Below, in pieces: positions 27,941 to 37,080 of a stretch of DNA of 64,000 nt. This DNA is from an uncultured Gammaproteobacteria bacterium (GTDB lineage: Bacteria > Pseudomonadota > Gammaproteobacteria > Steroidobacterales > JBCBZW01): positions 5,873-69,872 of the forward strand of contig CBDUQI010000002.1 in the NCBI GenBank assembly GCA_965369325.1. The letters are read 5' to 3'. Position numbers and translations under genes: made by a program. The notes under the pieces were generated by a model, which was not told the DNA's origin, made no database searches, and worked only from the letters and a program-made list of their open reading frames with translations. The first letter of the stretch is position 1. The number at the start of each line of letters is the position of its first letter.

Positions 27941-28933
27941 ATGTACTACGCGGCCGCCTGCCAAACCAACTTTCCCTCACCCGCCGAGCGCTCGGAAATA
28001 CCCGAACGCACACGCCGGATGTGCCAGATTATCGAGCAGACCATCACCGGCTACGAGCCGTTTTTTGATGTTCGACTGTTGGTGTTCCCGGAGTTTGCGC
28101 ATGCCGTGCCGGCGTACCCGACGGCGGCGGAGCTAAGGCGTCGTCTGGCCGTCAGGCTGCCCAATGAGCACACCCAGGCCTACGAAAGGCTGGCGGCAAA
28201 GTACGGCTGCTACATCCAGAGCGGTACTTTTCTGGAAATTGATGATACGTATCCGGATGCGCTCTTTAACACCACGGTGCTGATTGGCCCTGATGGAGTG
28301 TTGAGCAAATACCGTAAGGTGAATACCTGGATCCCGTGGGAGGTGCATACCAGCCCCCACGATATAGAGGGTTACGCGCCCGAGCCGTTCCCGGTAGTCG
28401 ATACTGAGCTCGGTCGTCTTGGTGTGGCGATCTGTTACGACTGGCTATTCCCCGAGACGATTCGGCAAATTGCCTACAACGGCGCCGAAGTGATCATCCG
28501 CGTCTCCGCCTATATGGATCCTTGGGGCACCGCCAGCCCGATGGACTGGTGGACGTTGATTAACCGCACCCGGGCGCTTGAGAATACCGCCTACGTAGTG
28601 GCCTCCAATCAGGCGGCCAGTTTTAAGAACTATCCGCCGTTCAGTTGGCCGGGCGGCAGCATGGTGGTGGATTATGACGGGCGTGTGCTGGCTCAGGCAG
28701 ACCCTGGTCCGGCAGAAAAAGTGGTGGTCGCGCCGATTGACATCAACGCGTTGCGCAGCGAGCGCGCGCGCCGCCGCGGGCACGATATGCGCTCGCATCT
28801 GCGCAGTGAGATTCACACCTACGCCGCGCAGCCGATGCTGGCCCGTGCGGGCGATCAGCCGATTGATATCGACTCGCTCAATGTGCGTATCGCCGAGGCC
28901 AAACAACGTCTGCCGGGGGCGGATGAGCAATGA
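27941..28933 (+). CDS. Carbon-nitrogen hydrolase (nitrilase superfamily; aliphatic amidase/formamidase-like)
   Basis: Catalytic E-K-C context: LLVFPEF, KYRKVNTWIPWE, VAICYDWLFPE. No signal peptide. The stop overlaps the next start (ATGA at 28930). Confidence 0.85.
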   Translation: MYYAAACQTNFPSPAERSEIPERTRRMCQIIEQTITGYEPFFDVRLLVFPEFAHAVPAYPTAAELRRRLAVRLPNEHTQAYERLAAKYGCYIQSGTFLEIDDTYPDALFNTTVLIGPDGVLSKYRKVNTWIPWEVHTSPHDIEGYAPEPFPVVDTELGRLGVAICYDWLFPETIRQIAYNGAEVIIRVSAYMDPWGTASPMDWWTLINRTRALENTAYVVASNQAASFKNYPPFSWPGGSMVVDYDGRVLAQADPGPAEKVVVAPIDINALRSERARRRGHDMRSHLRSEIHTYAAQPMLARAGDQPIDIDSLNVRIAEAKQRLPGADEQ

Positions 28934-31900
28934 GCGCAGGGTCCGATAAACTGCAGACGCTGCCGGCGTTGATCATGAGCGTAACCTTACTTTGTGTGAG
29001 CGCCTGCGATCGCGCCCCGAACCAGCCCCCGCTTGAGGACAACGCTGCGCCGACGGTGGCCGCCGACCGCCCAGGCGCGGCGCTGATTGCGCTGAACAAT
29101 CGCGGTGTCGCCCTGATGGGGTACTTCGACTACACCGGTGCACGCGATGTCTTCGCCCGGGTGGTCAGGCAGGCCCCTCGGTGGCACCAGGCACAGGTGA
29201 ATCTGGCGATTGCTACCCTGAACCGCCAGCAGCCCGATGATGAAACCCTGGCACTGCAGATCTTGCAGCAGGTGCTGGACGCTGAGCCCGCGCACGTGCG
29301 TGCCAACTACGTGGCGGGGCTGTTGAGGCTGTATCTGGGGGAGTTCGAGCAGGGCACAACACATTTTGAGCAAGTGCTGGCACAGGACAGCGGCGATGCG
29401 TATGCGCACTACTACCTGGGCCAGATTCAAGCTCAACAGGGGCAACTGGCGCCAGCGCTCAGCCGATTCGAGCGGGCGATCGCGCTTGAGCCCTACCTGA
29501 GCAGCAGTTACTACGGGGCAGCGCTGGCGCTGCGGCGCCTGGATCGGGCTGATGAGGCTAGGCAACTGCTCGGCACCTACCAGCGGCTGGAGGACAATCC
29601 GCGCGCTCGGCTGGCGGAATTCAAGTACACCCGGATGGGCCCGAAGGCCGAGGCGTTGGCATCGGGGCGCCCGACAGCGCCAGCACCCGCGCTGCCATCA
29701 GGCGATCTGTTTACGCCGGCCGAGCAAATACTATCGGGTGACTTGAGCACGAGCCACTTGAGTACGGCAGACATCAACAACGATGGTTTGCAAGACATCT
29801 TTCTTGGCGGCGCGGCGGACAGTCAGGTACTACTGGCCGGCGCGTCGGGTTACGTGGTGGATACCTCACACGCACTGGCTGGCATCGGCCAGGTGCGCGC
29901 TGCCTTGTGGGGCGACGTCAACAACGATGGTAATACGGATGTCTACCTGTGCCGCGCTGGGGCCAATCAACTGTGGCTGCAATCGGCCGGCGAATCAGGC
30001 GCGCCGACACAGTGGACTCGCGCGCAGGGCGATGTGGTAGCGGACGGCGTGCGCACCTGCCTCGATGCCGGCCTGTTCGACGCCGATCACGACGGTGATC
30101 TGGACGTTTTCATCGTTAACGCCAATGGCGAGGACGTGCTGCTGAACAATAACCTGGATGGGACTTTCAGGCGCTTGCAGGATCTACCCTCAACCGCACC
30201 GACAAGTTCTCCCGCGTCGCGTCAGCAACTTAGCGTCGACCTGGACGGCGATCGCGATGTAGACATTGTGGTGCTCAACGGCGATGCGCCGCATGTCGTT
30301 TTGTCCAACGATCGGCTTTGGCTGTACCAGTCCGCAACCGGCTTTGAGCGGTTTTCGCAAACCCCGGCGGTGGCCGTGACCGCAGGCGATGTGGATACCG
30401 ATGGTCAAGTGGAACTGTATACCCGCACGCCCGATGGTGCGTTGTGGCGCTGGGTGGATGCGGCGGATGAGGGTTGGGTCTCTGCCCGGATCAGCGCACC
30501 TACGCAACCGGGTGCAGGCGTCTTAATGCTACAGGACTTCAACGGCGACGGTCAGGCCGAGTTGCTGTCGGGAGACGCATCGGGCTGGCGTGTGCTGCGC
30601 CTCAATGGCGAGCACAATGCACAGGTGCTGTACGCCGCTGATGCGCCCGCCACGGCGCCAATAGCGTTGCTGGAAAGCGTTCAAGCAGGCCCTTCGGTGG
30701 CCGCCGCCGGGCTAGATGGATTGCAGCGTTGGCAGCCCGGACCCGGCCGTTATCCATTTGCCGCCTTCTCCTTCAGCGGCAAGGAGGAGCAGGCGGAGTC
30801 GATGCGCTCCAATGCGTCCGGTATCGGTACACGGGTGTCGCTGCGCAATGCCACGCAATGGAGTGTGAGCGACACGTTCGACAAACATTCCGCGCCGGGG
30901 CAAAGCCTGCAACCTTTGAGCATTGGTTTGCGCGGTGCCGCTGCGGCCGACTTCGTCGCATTGGATTGGTCCGACGGCGTGTTTCAGACGGAGCTTGATC
31001 TGGCCGCCGGGCAGCGTCATCAGATTGCGGAGACCCAGCGTCAGCTTGCCAGTTGTCCGGTGTTGTTCGCGTGGGATGGCAGTGAGTATCGATTTGTCAC
31101 CGATCTTCTTGGGGTCGGTGGTATCGGATTCTTCGCCTCGCCTGGGCAGTACAACACCCCGCGCCCGTGGGAGCATGTGTTGCTGCCTGCAGGCGCACTG
31201 GCCGCCCGCGAGGGGATGTTCGAACTAAAACTTACCGAGCCCATGGAGGAGATTGCGTACGTGGACTCGCTCGCACTGGCCGTGCACGATGTGCCGCCCG
31301 GCTGGCACATGATTCTGGATGAGCGTATGGCCACCGACGCCCATCAGCCCAGTGGCGAGCCGGTGTTTTTCCGGCGCAGTGTAAGTGTGCAGCATGCTGA
31401 GAACGAACGTGGCGATGAGGTGACCGCCAGCCTGCAGCACGCCGACCTGCAAGCCGCCCCGCCCGGGACTCTGGACGCGCGCTTTATTGGTCGGCTGGCG
31501 GGTGAGCATGTGTTGACGCTGACGTTCGATAAGCCGCTGGATCAAACGCCCGGACAGCCCGTGCTGGCCGCGGACGGCTGGGTTGAGTACCCGTATTCGC
31601 AAACTGTATTTGCCGCGTGGCAGGCCGGGGAGTTTTATCAGTCGCCGAGCCTGGAAGCGCAGGGGGAGGACGGCGTGTGGGTGAGCCTGCTGCCCAGCTT
31701 TGGTTATCCGGCGGGCATGCCGCGCGAGATGAGTGTCGCACTGAATAATCTGCCGGCGGGTAGTCGGCGGCTGCGACTGCGCAGCAATCTTGAAATCTAC
31801 TGGGATCGCATTCGCGTGGTCTATCGCGAACCCGCGCCGCCGGCAGCGGTGACCCGAGTGCTTAGGCCTGACCGCGTGCGCTTATCACAGACGGGCTTCC

Positions 31901-32286
31901 CGTTACGCACCAGCGGTCCGCAGCGCGTGCCACGTTATGACTACAGCACGCGCGAGGCCTATTGGGATACGCGTTATCAGGCCGGCTACTACACCCGCTT
32001 TGGTCCGGTGACGGCGCTGGTGGCACAGGAGGACGATGCGCTGCTGATCGTTGGTCCGGGTGAGGAGGCGCACATGCAGTTCGCTGACACCCTGCCCGCC
32101 GTCGCGCCCGGATTTGTCCGCCGCTTTGAGTTGCGCACTCGCGGCTATGCCAAAGACATGGACATGTATACGAATACCGGGGAGACGGTGGGACCGCTGC
32201 CGGTGAAAGACGCATCGCCCGCTGCGCGAGCACAGGTCGACAGGCTGCATCGCCAGTACCACGTGCGATATTTGTCCGGGCGCTAG
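28930..32286 (+). CDS. 1118-aa lipoprotein: TPR + FG-GAP/VCBS + ASPIC/UnbV-like region + about 400-aa uncharacterised C-terminal domain
   Basis: Lipobox LLCVSAC. TPRs at about aa 40-230. VCBS-type loops (DINNDGLQD, GDVNNDGNTD, DADHDGDLD, DLDGDRDVD, GDVDTDGQ, DFNGDGQAE). ASGIGTRVSL...SLQPLSIGL. C-terminal CPVLFAWDGSEYRFVTDLLGVGGIGFF. Confidence 0.8.
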   Translation: MSAGSDKLQTLPALIMSVTLLCVSACDRAPNQPPLEDNAAPTVAADRPGAALIALNNRGVALMGYFDYTGARDVFARVVRQAPRWHQAQVNLAIATLNRQQPDDETLALQILQQVLDAEPAHVRANYVAGLLRLYLGEFEQGTTHFEQVLAQDSGDAYAHYYLGQIQAQQGQLAPALSRFERAIALEPYLSSSYYGAALALRRLDRADEARQLLGTYQRLEDNPRARLAEFKYTRMGPKAEALASGRPTAPAPALPSGDLFTPAEQILSGDLSTSHLSTADINNDGLQDIFLGGAADSQVLLAGASGYVVDTSHALAGIGQVRAALWGDVNNDGNTDVYLCRAGANQLWLQSAGESGAPTQWTRAQGDVVADGVRTCLDAGLFDADHDGDLDVFIVNANGEDVLLNNNLDGTFRRLQDLPSTAPTSSPASRQQLSVDLDGDRDVDIVVLNGDAPHVVLSNDRLWLYQSATGFERFSQTPAVAVTAGDVDTDGQVELYTRTPDGALWRWVDAADEGWVSARISAPTQPGAGVLMLQDFNGDGQAELLSGDASGWRVLRLNGEHNAQVLYAADAPATAPIALLESVQAGPSVAAAGLDGLQRWQPGPGRYPFAAFSFSGKEEQAESMRSNASGIGTRVSLRNATQWSVSDTFDKHSAPGQSLQPLSIGLRGAAAADFVALDWSDGVFQTELDLAAGQRHQIAETQRQLASCPVLFAWDGSEYRFVTDLLGVGGIGFFASPGQYNTPRPWEHVLLPAGALAAREGMFELKLTEPMEEIAYVDSLALAVHDVPPGWHMILDERMATDAHQPSGEPVFFRRSVSVQHAENERGDEVTASLQHADLQAAPPGTLDARFIGRLAGEHVLTLTFDKPLDQTPGQPVLAADGWVEYPYSQTVFAAWQAGEFYQSPSLEAQGEDGVWVSLLPSFGYPAGMPREMSVALNNLPAGSRRLRLRSNLEIYWDRIRVVYREPAPPAAVTRVLRPDRVRLSQTGFPLRTSGPQRVPRYDYSTREAYWDTRYQAGYYTRFGPVTALVAQEDDALLIVGPGEEAHMQFADTLPAVAPGFVRRFELRTRGYAKDMDMYTNTGETVGPLPVKDASPAARAQVDRLHRQYHVRYLSGR

Positions 32287-32295
32287 GCGGCACTT

Positions 32296-35148
32296 GTGAG
32301 CACATCGCCCCGCCCGACTCATGCCCCGGCCCGGCGTCCACGCCAGGTGGTTGGGCCCCGCCTGAAGTTGTTGTTGCAGATCGTGTTTGGATTGTTCGCG
32401 TTGCTCGCGGCCAATTCGTTGTATTTGGCGGGCGTCACGCTTGCGGAAACCCTCAGTGGCACGGCGTTGCAGGATCACTTTTATCAGTACATGTTCCTGG
32501 CCCATTTGAGTCTGGGCCTAATACTGATCCTGCCATTCCTGCTGTATGGCATTGGCCATATTGCGAACGCTTGGGATCGGCCTAATCGGCGCGCGGTGCG
32601 TATGGGATACGCGTTGTTCGTGCTTGGCCTCGCGTTATTGCTCAGCGGCTTGCTGCTCACTCGCGGTCTGCCCTGGTTTGAAGTGCGCGCAGACGTCACA
32701 CGCAGGGCGTTGTACTGGCTGCACGTGTTGTCGCCACTGTTGTGTGTGTGGGCGTTCGTGCTACACCGGCTGGCCGGCAAAGCAATCGCTTGGCGTGTGG
32801 GGGCGCGCATCGGCGGATTGGGGCTGGCGGCAGCGCTGGTCGGGTTGGCGTTTCACGCGCAAGACCCGCGCCAGTGGGGAGCTGAGGGGCCGGCCAGCGG
32901 CGAGCAGTATTTTTTTCCCTCGCTTGCGCGCACCGCGACGGGCGACTTTATTCCGGCCGACGCCTTAATGCAGGATGCGTATTGTGCCGAGTGCCACCAG
33001 GACGCGCATGAGCGCTGGCAGCACAGTGCCCACCGCTTCGCGTCATTTAATAATCCGGCCTACCGATTCTCGGTGCGACGCACGCGTGAGCAGTCGCTGC
33101 GACGCGACGGCGATGTATCAGCCGCCCGGTTTTGCGCGGGTTGTCACGATCCGGTGCCGTTTTTCAGTGGCGCCTTTGACGACCCCAGCTTTGATGATGT
33201 GAATCACCCCACCTCGCAGGCTGGCATTACCTGCACCTCGTGCCATGCGATCACCAACATCAACAGCGTGCGCGGCAATGCAGACTACACCATCGAGCAG
33301 CCGTTGCATTACCCGTTTGCTGCCAGCGAGCATGCGGCACTTCAGTGGGTGAACCGCACGCTGGTCAAGGCCAAACCGGCGTTCCATAAAAAGACCTTTC
33401 TAAAGCCGCTGCATCAGGAGGCCGAGTTTTGCGGCGCTTGCCACAAAGTGCATCTGCCCCAAGAGTTAAATGCGTATCGCTGGTTGCGTGGGCAGAACCA
33501 CTACGATGCCTGGTTGCTGAGCGGTGTGTCCGGTCACGGCGCGCAGAGCTTTTACTACCCGGATCAGGCGCAAAGCGATTGCAATGGTTGCCACATGCCG
33601 TTGCAGCCCTCGCAGGACTTTGCCGCCAGCGATCACGATGGCAGCGGCGAGCGCTCCGTGCACGACCATTTGTTCGCCTCGGCCAATACGGCGCTCAGCC
33701 ACTGGCTGAATTTTCCGCCGCCGGTGGACGAGGCCCACCGCGAAATGCTGGAAGGCGCGCTGCGCGTGGATATCTTTGGTTTGCGCGAAGAAGGCACGCC
33801 CGCTGGGCGTTTGCTGGCGCCGCTGCGCCCGCAATTGCCCGCGCTGATTCCAGGGCGTACTTATCTGGTTGAAGTGGTCGTGCGCACACTCACCTTGGGG
33901 CACACCTTTACTCAGGGAACGGCAGACTCCAACCAGGTGTGGCTGGAGGTGACCGCGCGCAGTGGCCGGCAGGTGCTCGGGCGCAGCGGTGCGCGCGAGC
34001 AGGCCACTCAGGCGGTGGACCCGTGGGCGCACTTTATCAATGCCTATGTGCTCGATCGTCATGGCAAGCGCGTTGATCAGCGCAATGCCGAGGACATCTT
34101 TGTTGCGCTGTACAACAACCAGATTCCGCCGGGCGCGAGCGACGTGGTGCACTATCGCCTGCGCGTGCCTGAAGATGCCGGTGCACAGATAGCGATAGAG
34201 GTGGCGGTGCAGTACCGCAAGTTCAACACCCATTACGCGGGCCTAGTGGTCTCGCAGATGGAGGAGACAGGCGCGAGCAATGCTGAGCCGTATATGAACG
34301 ATCTCCCGGTCACTACCCTGGCACGCGATTATCTCGTGTTGCCAGTGGCGCCGTCGGACCGCGACGGTGCCGAGAAAGCCTCGCCGGTCGCGAACTCTGT
34401 GGATGATTCTCCCATCCCGCTATGGCAGCGCTGGAACGACTATGGCATTGGTCTGTTGCGCAAATCCGGCAGCGGCGAGTTGCGCCAGGCCGAGCACGCG
34501 TTTGGCGCGGTGGCAGAGTTAGGCCGGGGGGACGGGCCGATAAATCTGGCGCGCGTGTATTTGCGCGAGGGACGGTTGGATGAGGCGGTTGACGCGCTTG
34601 CCAGGGCGGGGCACAGCGATCCGCCCCCACCCCCTTGGGTGGTGGCGTGGCTCACTGGGCAGGTGAATTTGCAGAACGGCTATCTGGATGAAGCTATCGA
34701 GAACTTTCAGTCTATTGTGGCTACGCGGTTTGCCTCAGCGCGTGCGCGGGGCTTTGATTTCGCTCGCGATTATCGGGTTTGGAATGCGCTGGCGCTCAGC
34801 CGCTTTGAGCGCGCGAAACTAGAGCGCGGCGACGGGCGCCGCGTCGCCCGTGAGGGCTACCTGCAGGGGGCTGTCGCGGCTTACGAACAGGCGTTGGCGC
34901 TGGACCCGGAGAACGTCAGTGCCCACTACGGTCTGGCGCGAACCTGGCAGGCGCTCGGCGATGAGGCTGCGGCCGGGTATCATAGGCAGGCACACGCACG
35001 CTATAAGCCGGACGACAATGCGGCCGATCGGGTGATCGGCATCGCCCGACGCGCAGACCCGGCCGCCGATCATGCCGCCAACGACGTGGTGATCTACGAT
35101 CTGCACCGCGACAGCGGTCAGTACATATCCACCGTCCAACCTGAATAA
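32296..35148 (+). CDS. Membrane-anchored multiheme c-type cytochrome with C-terminal TPR domain
   Basis: About five N-terminal TM helices bearing conserved His (about 32365-32853). Five CxxCH motifs: CAECH 32983, CAGCH 33133, CTSCH 33232, CGACH 33430, CNGCH 33580. TPR-like repeats lie in the last 250 aa or so. Confidence 0.85.
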   Translation: MSTSPRPTHAPARRPRQVVGPRLKLLLQIVFGLFALLAANSLYLAGVTLAETLSGTALQDHFYQYMFLAHLSLGLILILPFLLYGIGHIANAWDRPNRRAVRMGYALFVLGLALLLSGLLLTRGLPWFEVRADVTRRALYWLHVLSPLLCVWAFVLHRLAGKAIAWRVGARIGGLGLAAALVGLAFHAQDPRQWGAEGPASGEQYFFPSLARTATGDFIPADALMQDAYCAECHQDAHERWQHSAHRFASFNNPAYRFSVRRTREQSLRRDGDVSAARFCAGCHDPVPFFSGAFDDPSFDDVNHPTSQAGITCTSCHAITNINSVRGNADYTIEQPLHYPFAASEHAALQWVNRTLVKAKPAFHKKTFLKPLHQEAEFCGACHKVHLPQELNAYRWLRGQNHYDAWLLSGVSGHGAQSFYYPDQAQSDCNGCHMPLQPSQDFAASDHDGSGERSVHDHLFASANTALSHWLNFPPPVDEAHREMLEGALRVDIFGLREEGTPAGRLLAPLRPQLPALIPGRTYLVEVVVRTLTLGHTFTQGTADSNQVWLEVTARSGRQVLGRSGAREQATQAVDPWAHFINAYVLDRHGKRVDQRNAEDIFVALYNNQIPPGASDVVHYRLRVPEDAGAQIAIEVAVQYRKFNTHYAGLVVSQMEETGASNAEPYMNDLPVTTLARDYLVLPVAPSDRDGAEKASPVANSVDDSPIPLWQRWNDYGIGLLRKSGSGELRQAEHAFGAVAELGRGDGPINLARVYLREGRLDEAVDALARAGHSDPPPPPWVVAWLTGQVNLQNGYLDEAIENFQSIVATRFASARARGFDFARDYRVWNALALSRFERAKLERGDGRRVAREGYLQGAVAAYEQALALDPENVSAHYGLARTWQALGDEAAAGYHRQAHARYKPDDNAADRVIGIARRADPAADHAANDVVIYDLHRDSGQYISTVQPE

Positions 35149-35149
35149 T

Positions 35150-37033
35150 ATGACGCAACGCAAGCGCGAAGTTCAAAGCGACGCCACCCCGGACGCTGAC
35201 GACGCCATCATTGCCCGCGCGCTGCGCTGGTCATTGGGCCTGGGGGTGCTGGGGCTGGTGCTACTTGCCCTCGTGTTGGTGCTGTGGCGAGCCGGGCAGG
35301 CACCAGCGCCGATTGAGACCGCGGTGGTAGAGGCGCCCGTGGCCAGGGTGCCGAGCGCGCTATCGGCGCTGCCTGCTCTGCCGTTTACTGACATCACCGA
35401 GGAGGCGGGCATCGCTTTCGTACACCGCAATGGTGCCTATGGCGAAAGCCTGTTGCCGGAGACTATGGGCGGTGGTGTCGGTTTTGCTGATATCGATAAT
35501 GATGACGATCCGGATCTGATTCTGGTCAACGCTCAGCCCTGGCCCTGGCGTGCGCCGCAGGCGGAGGCGGATGGCGCTACCGAGGCAGGTGTGGTGCTTT
35601 ACCTGAACGATGGCAGCGGCCATTTTTCTGAGGTTAGCGCAAGCGCCGGACTGCAGGCGCCAGCGTACGGCATGGGGTTGGCCGTGGGCGATTACAACGG
35701 CGATGGTCTGGAGGATATTTACGTGACCACGCTTGGCACCAACCGGCTGTATCGCAATGCCGGCGATGCGCGTTTCGTGAACGAGACGGCGACCGCAGGC
35801 GTTAGCGGAGATGCCGACGACTGGAGCACCGGTGCTGCGTTTTTTGATTACGACAACGACGGCGATCTGGATTTGTTCGTAACCAGCTATGTGCGATGGT
35901 CGCGCGAGCTGGATCTGGAGGTGGACTATCGTCTGGCTGGTATCGGCCGCGCCTACGGCCCGCCCGGCAACTACGCGGGTTCTCACTCGCGCCTGTATCG
36001 CAACGACGGCCCGGCCAGCGATGGCAACGTGCGCTTTGCGGACGTGTCGGTCGCCGCCGGCATTCATGTAGCCAATCCGGATACCGGCTTTCCAATGGGC
36101 AAGGGGCTGGCGGTCATGCCGGTCGATACCGACCTGGACGGTTATCTGGATGTGGTGGTGGCGAATGACACCGTGCGGAATTTTCTCTTCCGTAATCTTG
36201 GCGATGGAACGTTTACCGAAACCGGTACACTGGCTGGTCTGGCCTTCGATAACTCCGGCAGTGCCACCGGCGCGATGGGTATCGATGGCGGTCACTACAA
36301 CAACGACGATGATCTGGCCATTGCGATTGCCAATTTCGCCAATGAGATGACCTCGTTTTATGTCGCCCCGCAGGCCAGTGGCCTGTTTAGCGACGATGCC
36401 ATCGTGCTGGGCATCGGCCCCGACAGCCGGCGTGTGCTGAGCTTTGGCGTGTTCTTTGCCGATCTTGATCTGGACGGACGGCTGGATTTTTTCCAAGCCA
36501 ACGGGCACGTGGAAGATGAAATTAATTTGGTTCAACCCAGTCAAACCCACGAGCAGGCCGCGCAGGTGTTCTGGAACTGTGGCGATACGTGTCAACGCAT
36601 GTTTGTGCCACTGCCGGGCGATACACTGGGCGATCTGGCGCGCCCGCAGGTGGGCCGCGGCGCAGCCTATGCCGATATTGATGGCGATGGCGATCTGGAT
36701 TTGGCGTTAACTCAGGCGGGCCGGGCAGCACGCCTGTTGCGCAACGATCAGCGTCAGGGTGGGCACTGGCTGCGTCTGAGGTTGCGCGGTGCCGGTATGA
36801 ACCGCTCGGCCATCGGCGCGCGTGTAGAGGTACAGGTCGATGGCGTGACCCAGCGGCGCACGGTGATGCCGGCCCGTGGCTACCTCAGCAGTATGGAGCC
36901 GGTGCTCAGTTTTGGTCTTGGGTCGGCCCGGGAGGTGCAGCGAGTGAACGTCACCTGGCCCGATGGTCGCCGCAAAGTGATTGAGAATCTAGCCGCCGAT
37001 GTTGAGTATCGTCTGACTCAGGGCGAGGAGTAG
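35150..37033 (+). CDS. CRTAC1-family protein, N-terminal signal-anchor
   Basis: TM segment LGLGVLGLVLLALVLVLW. FG-GAP/VCBS loops (ADIDNDDDPD, GDYNGDGLED, DYDNDGDLD, DTDLDGYLD, ADLDLDGRLD, ADIDGDGDLD). C-terminal NRSAIGARVEV...GYLSSMEPVLSFGLG. Confidence 0.85.
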   Translation: MTQRKREVQSDATPDADDAIIARALRWSLGLGVLGLVLLALVLVLWRAGQAPAPIETAVVEAPVARVPSALSALPALPFTDITEEAGIAFVHRNGAYGESLLPETMGGGVGFADIDNDDDPDLILVNAQPWPWRAPQAEADGATEAGVVLYLNDGSGHFSEVSASAGLQAPAYGMGLAVGDYNGDGLEDIYVTTLGTNRLYRNAGDARFVNETATAGVSGDADDWSTGAAFFDYDNDGDLDLFVTSYVRWSRELDLEVDYRLAGIGRAYGPPGNYAGSHSRLYRNDGPASDGNVRFADVSVAAGIHVANPDTGFPMGKGLAVMPVDTDLDGYLDVVVANDTVRNFLFRNLGDGTFTETGTLAGLAFDNSGSATGAMGIDGGHYNNDDDLAIAIANFANEMTSFYVAPQASGLFSDDAIVLGIGPDSRRVLSFGVFFADLDLDGRLDFFQANGHVEDEINLVQPSQTHEQAAQVFWNCGDTCQRMFVPLPGDTLGDLARPQVGRGAAYADIDGDGDLDLALTQAGRAARLLRNDQRQGGHWLRLRLRGAGMNRSAIGARVEVQVDGVTQRRTVMPARGYLSSMEPVLSFGLGSAREVQRVNVTWPDGRRKVIENLAADVEYRLTQGEE

Positions 37034-37080
37034 ATGCAGCAGGCACCCGGTGGTACATCTGCTGCTTCGGAGGACAATCA

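Noticed and set aside
35360-36595. 411-aa ORF on the minus strand. Similar long antisense ORFs occur at 25304-26086, 37846-38361 and 41050-41718.
   Set aside because: All lie exactly antisense to the four CRTAC1 genes. Their apparent mutual similarity (for example MSHEQVFIAIAVKVARRHAHA versus MSHKQILIAIIVEVARIHAHA) mirrors the conserved sense-strand GDFDGDGDEDLFMTH motif. They are low-complexity, Arg/Ala/Gly/His-rich and have no RBS, which marks them as typical GC-rich shadow ORFs.
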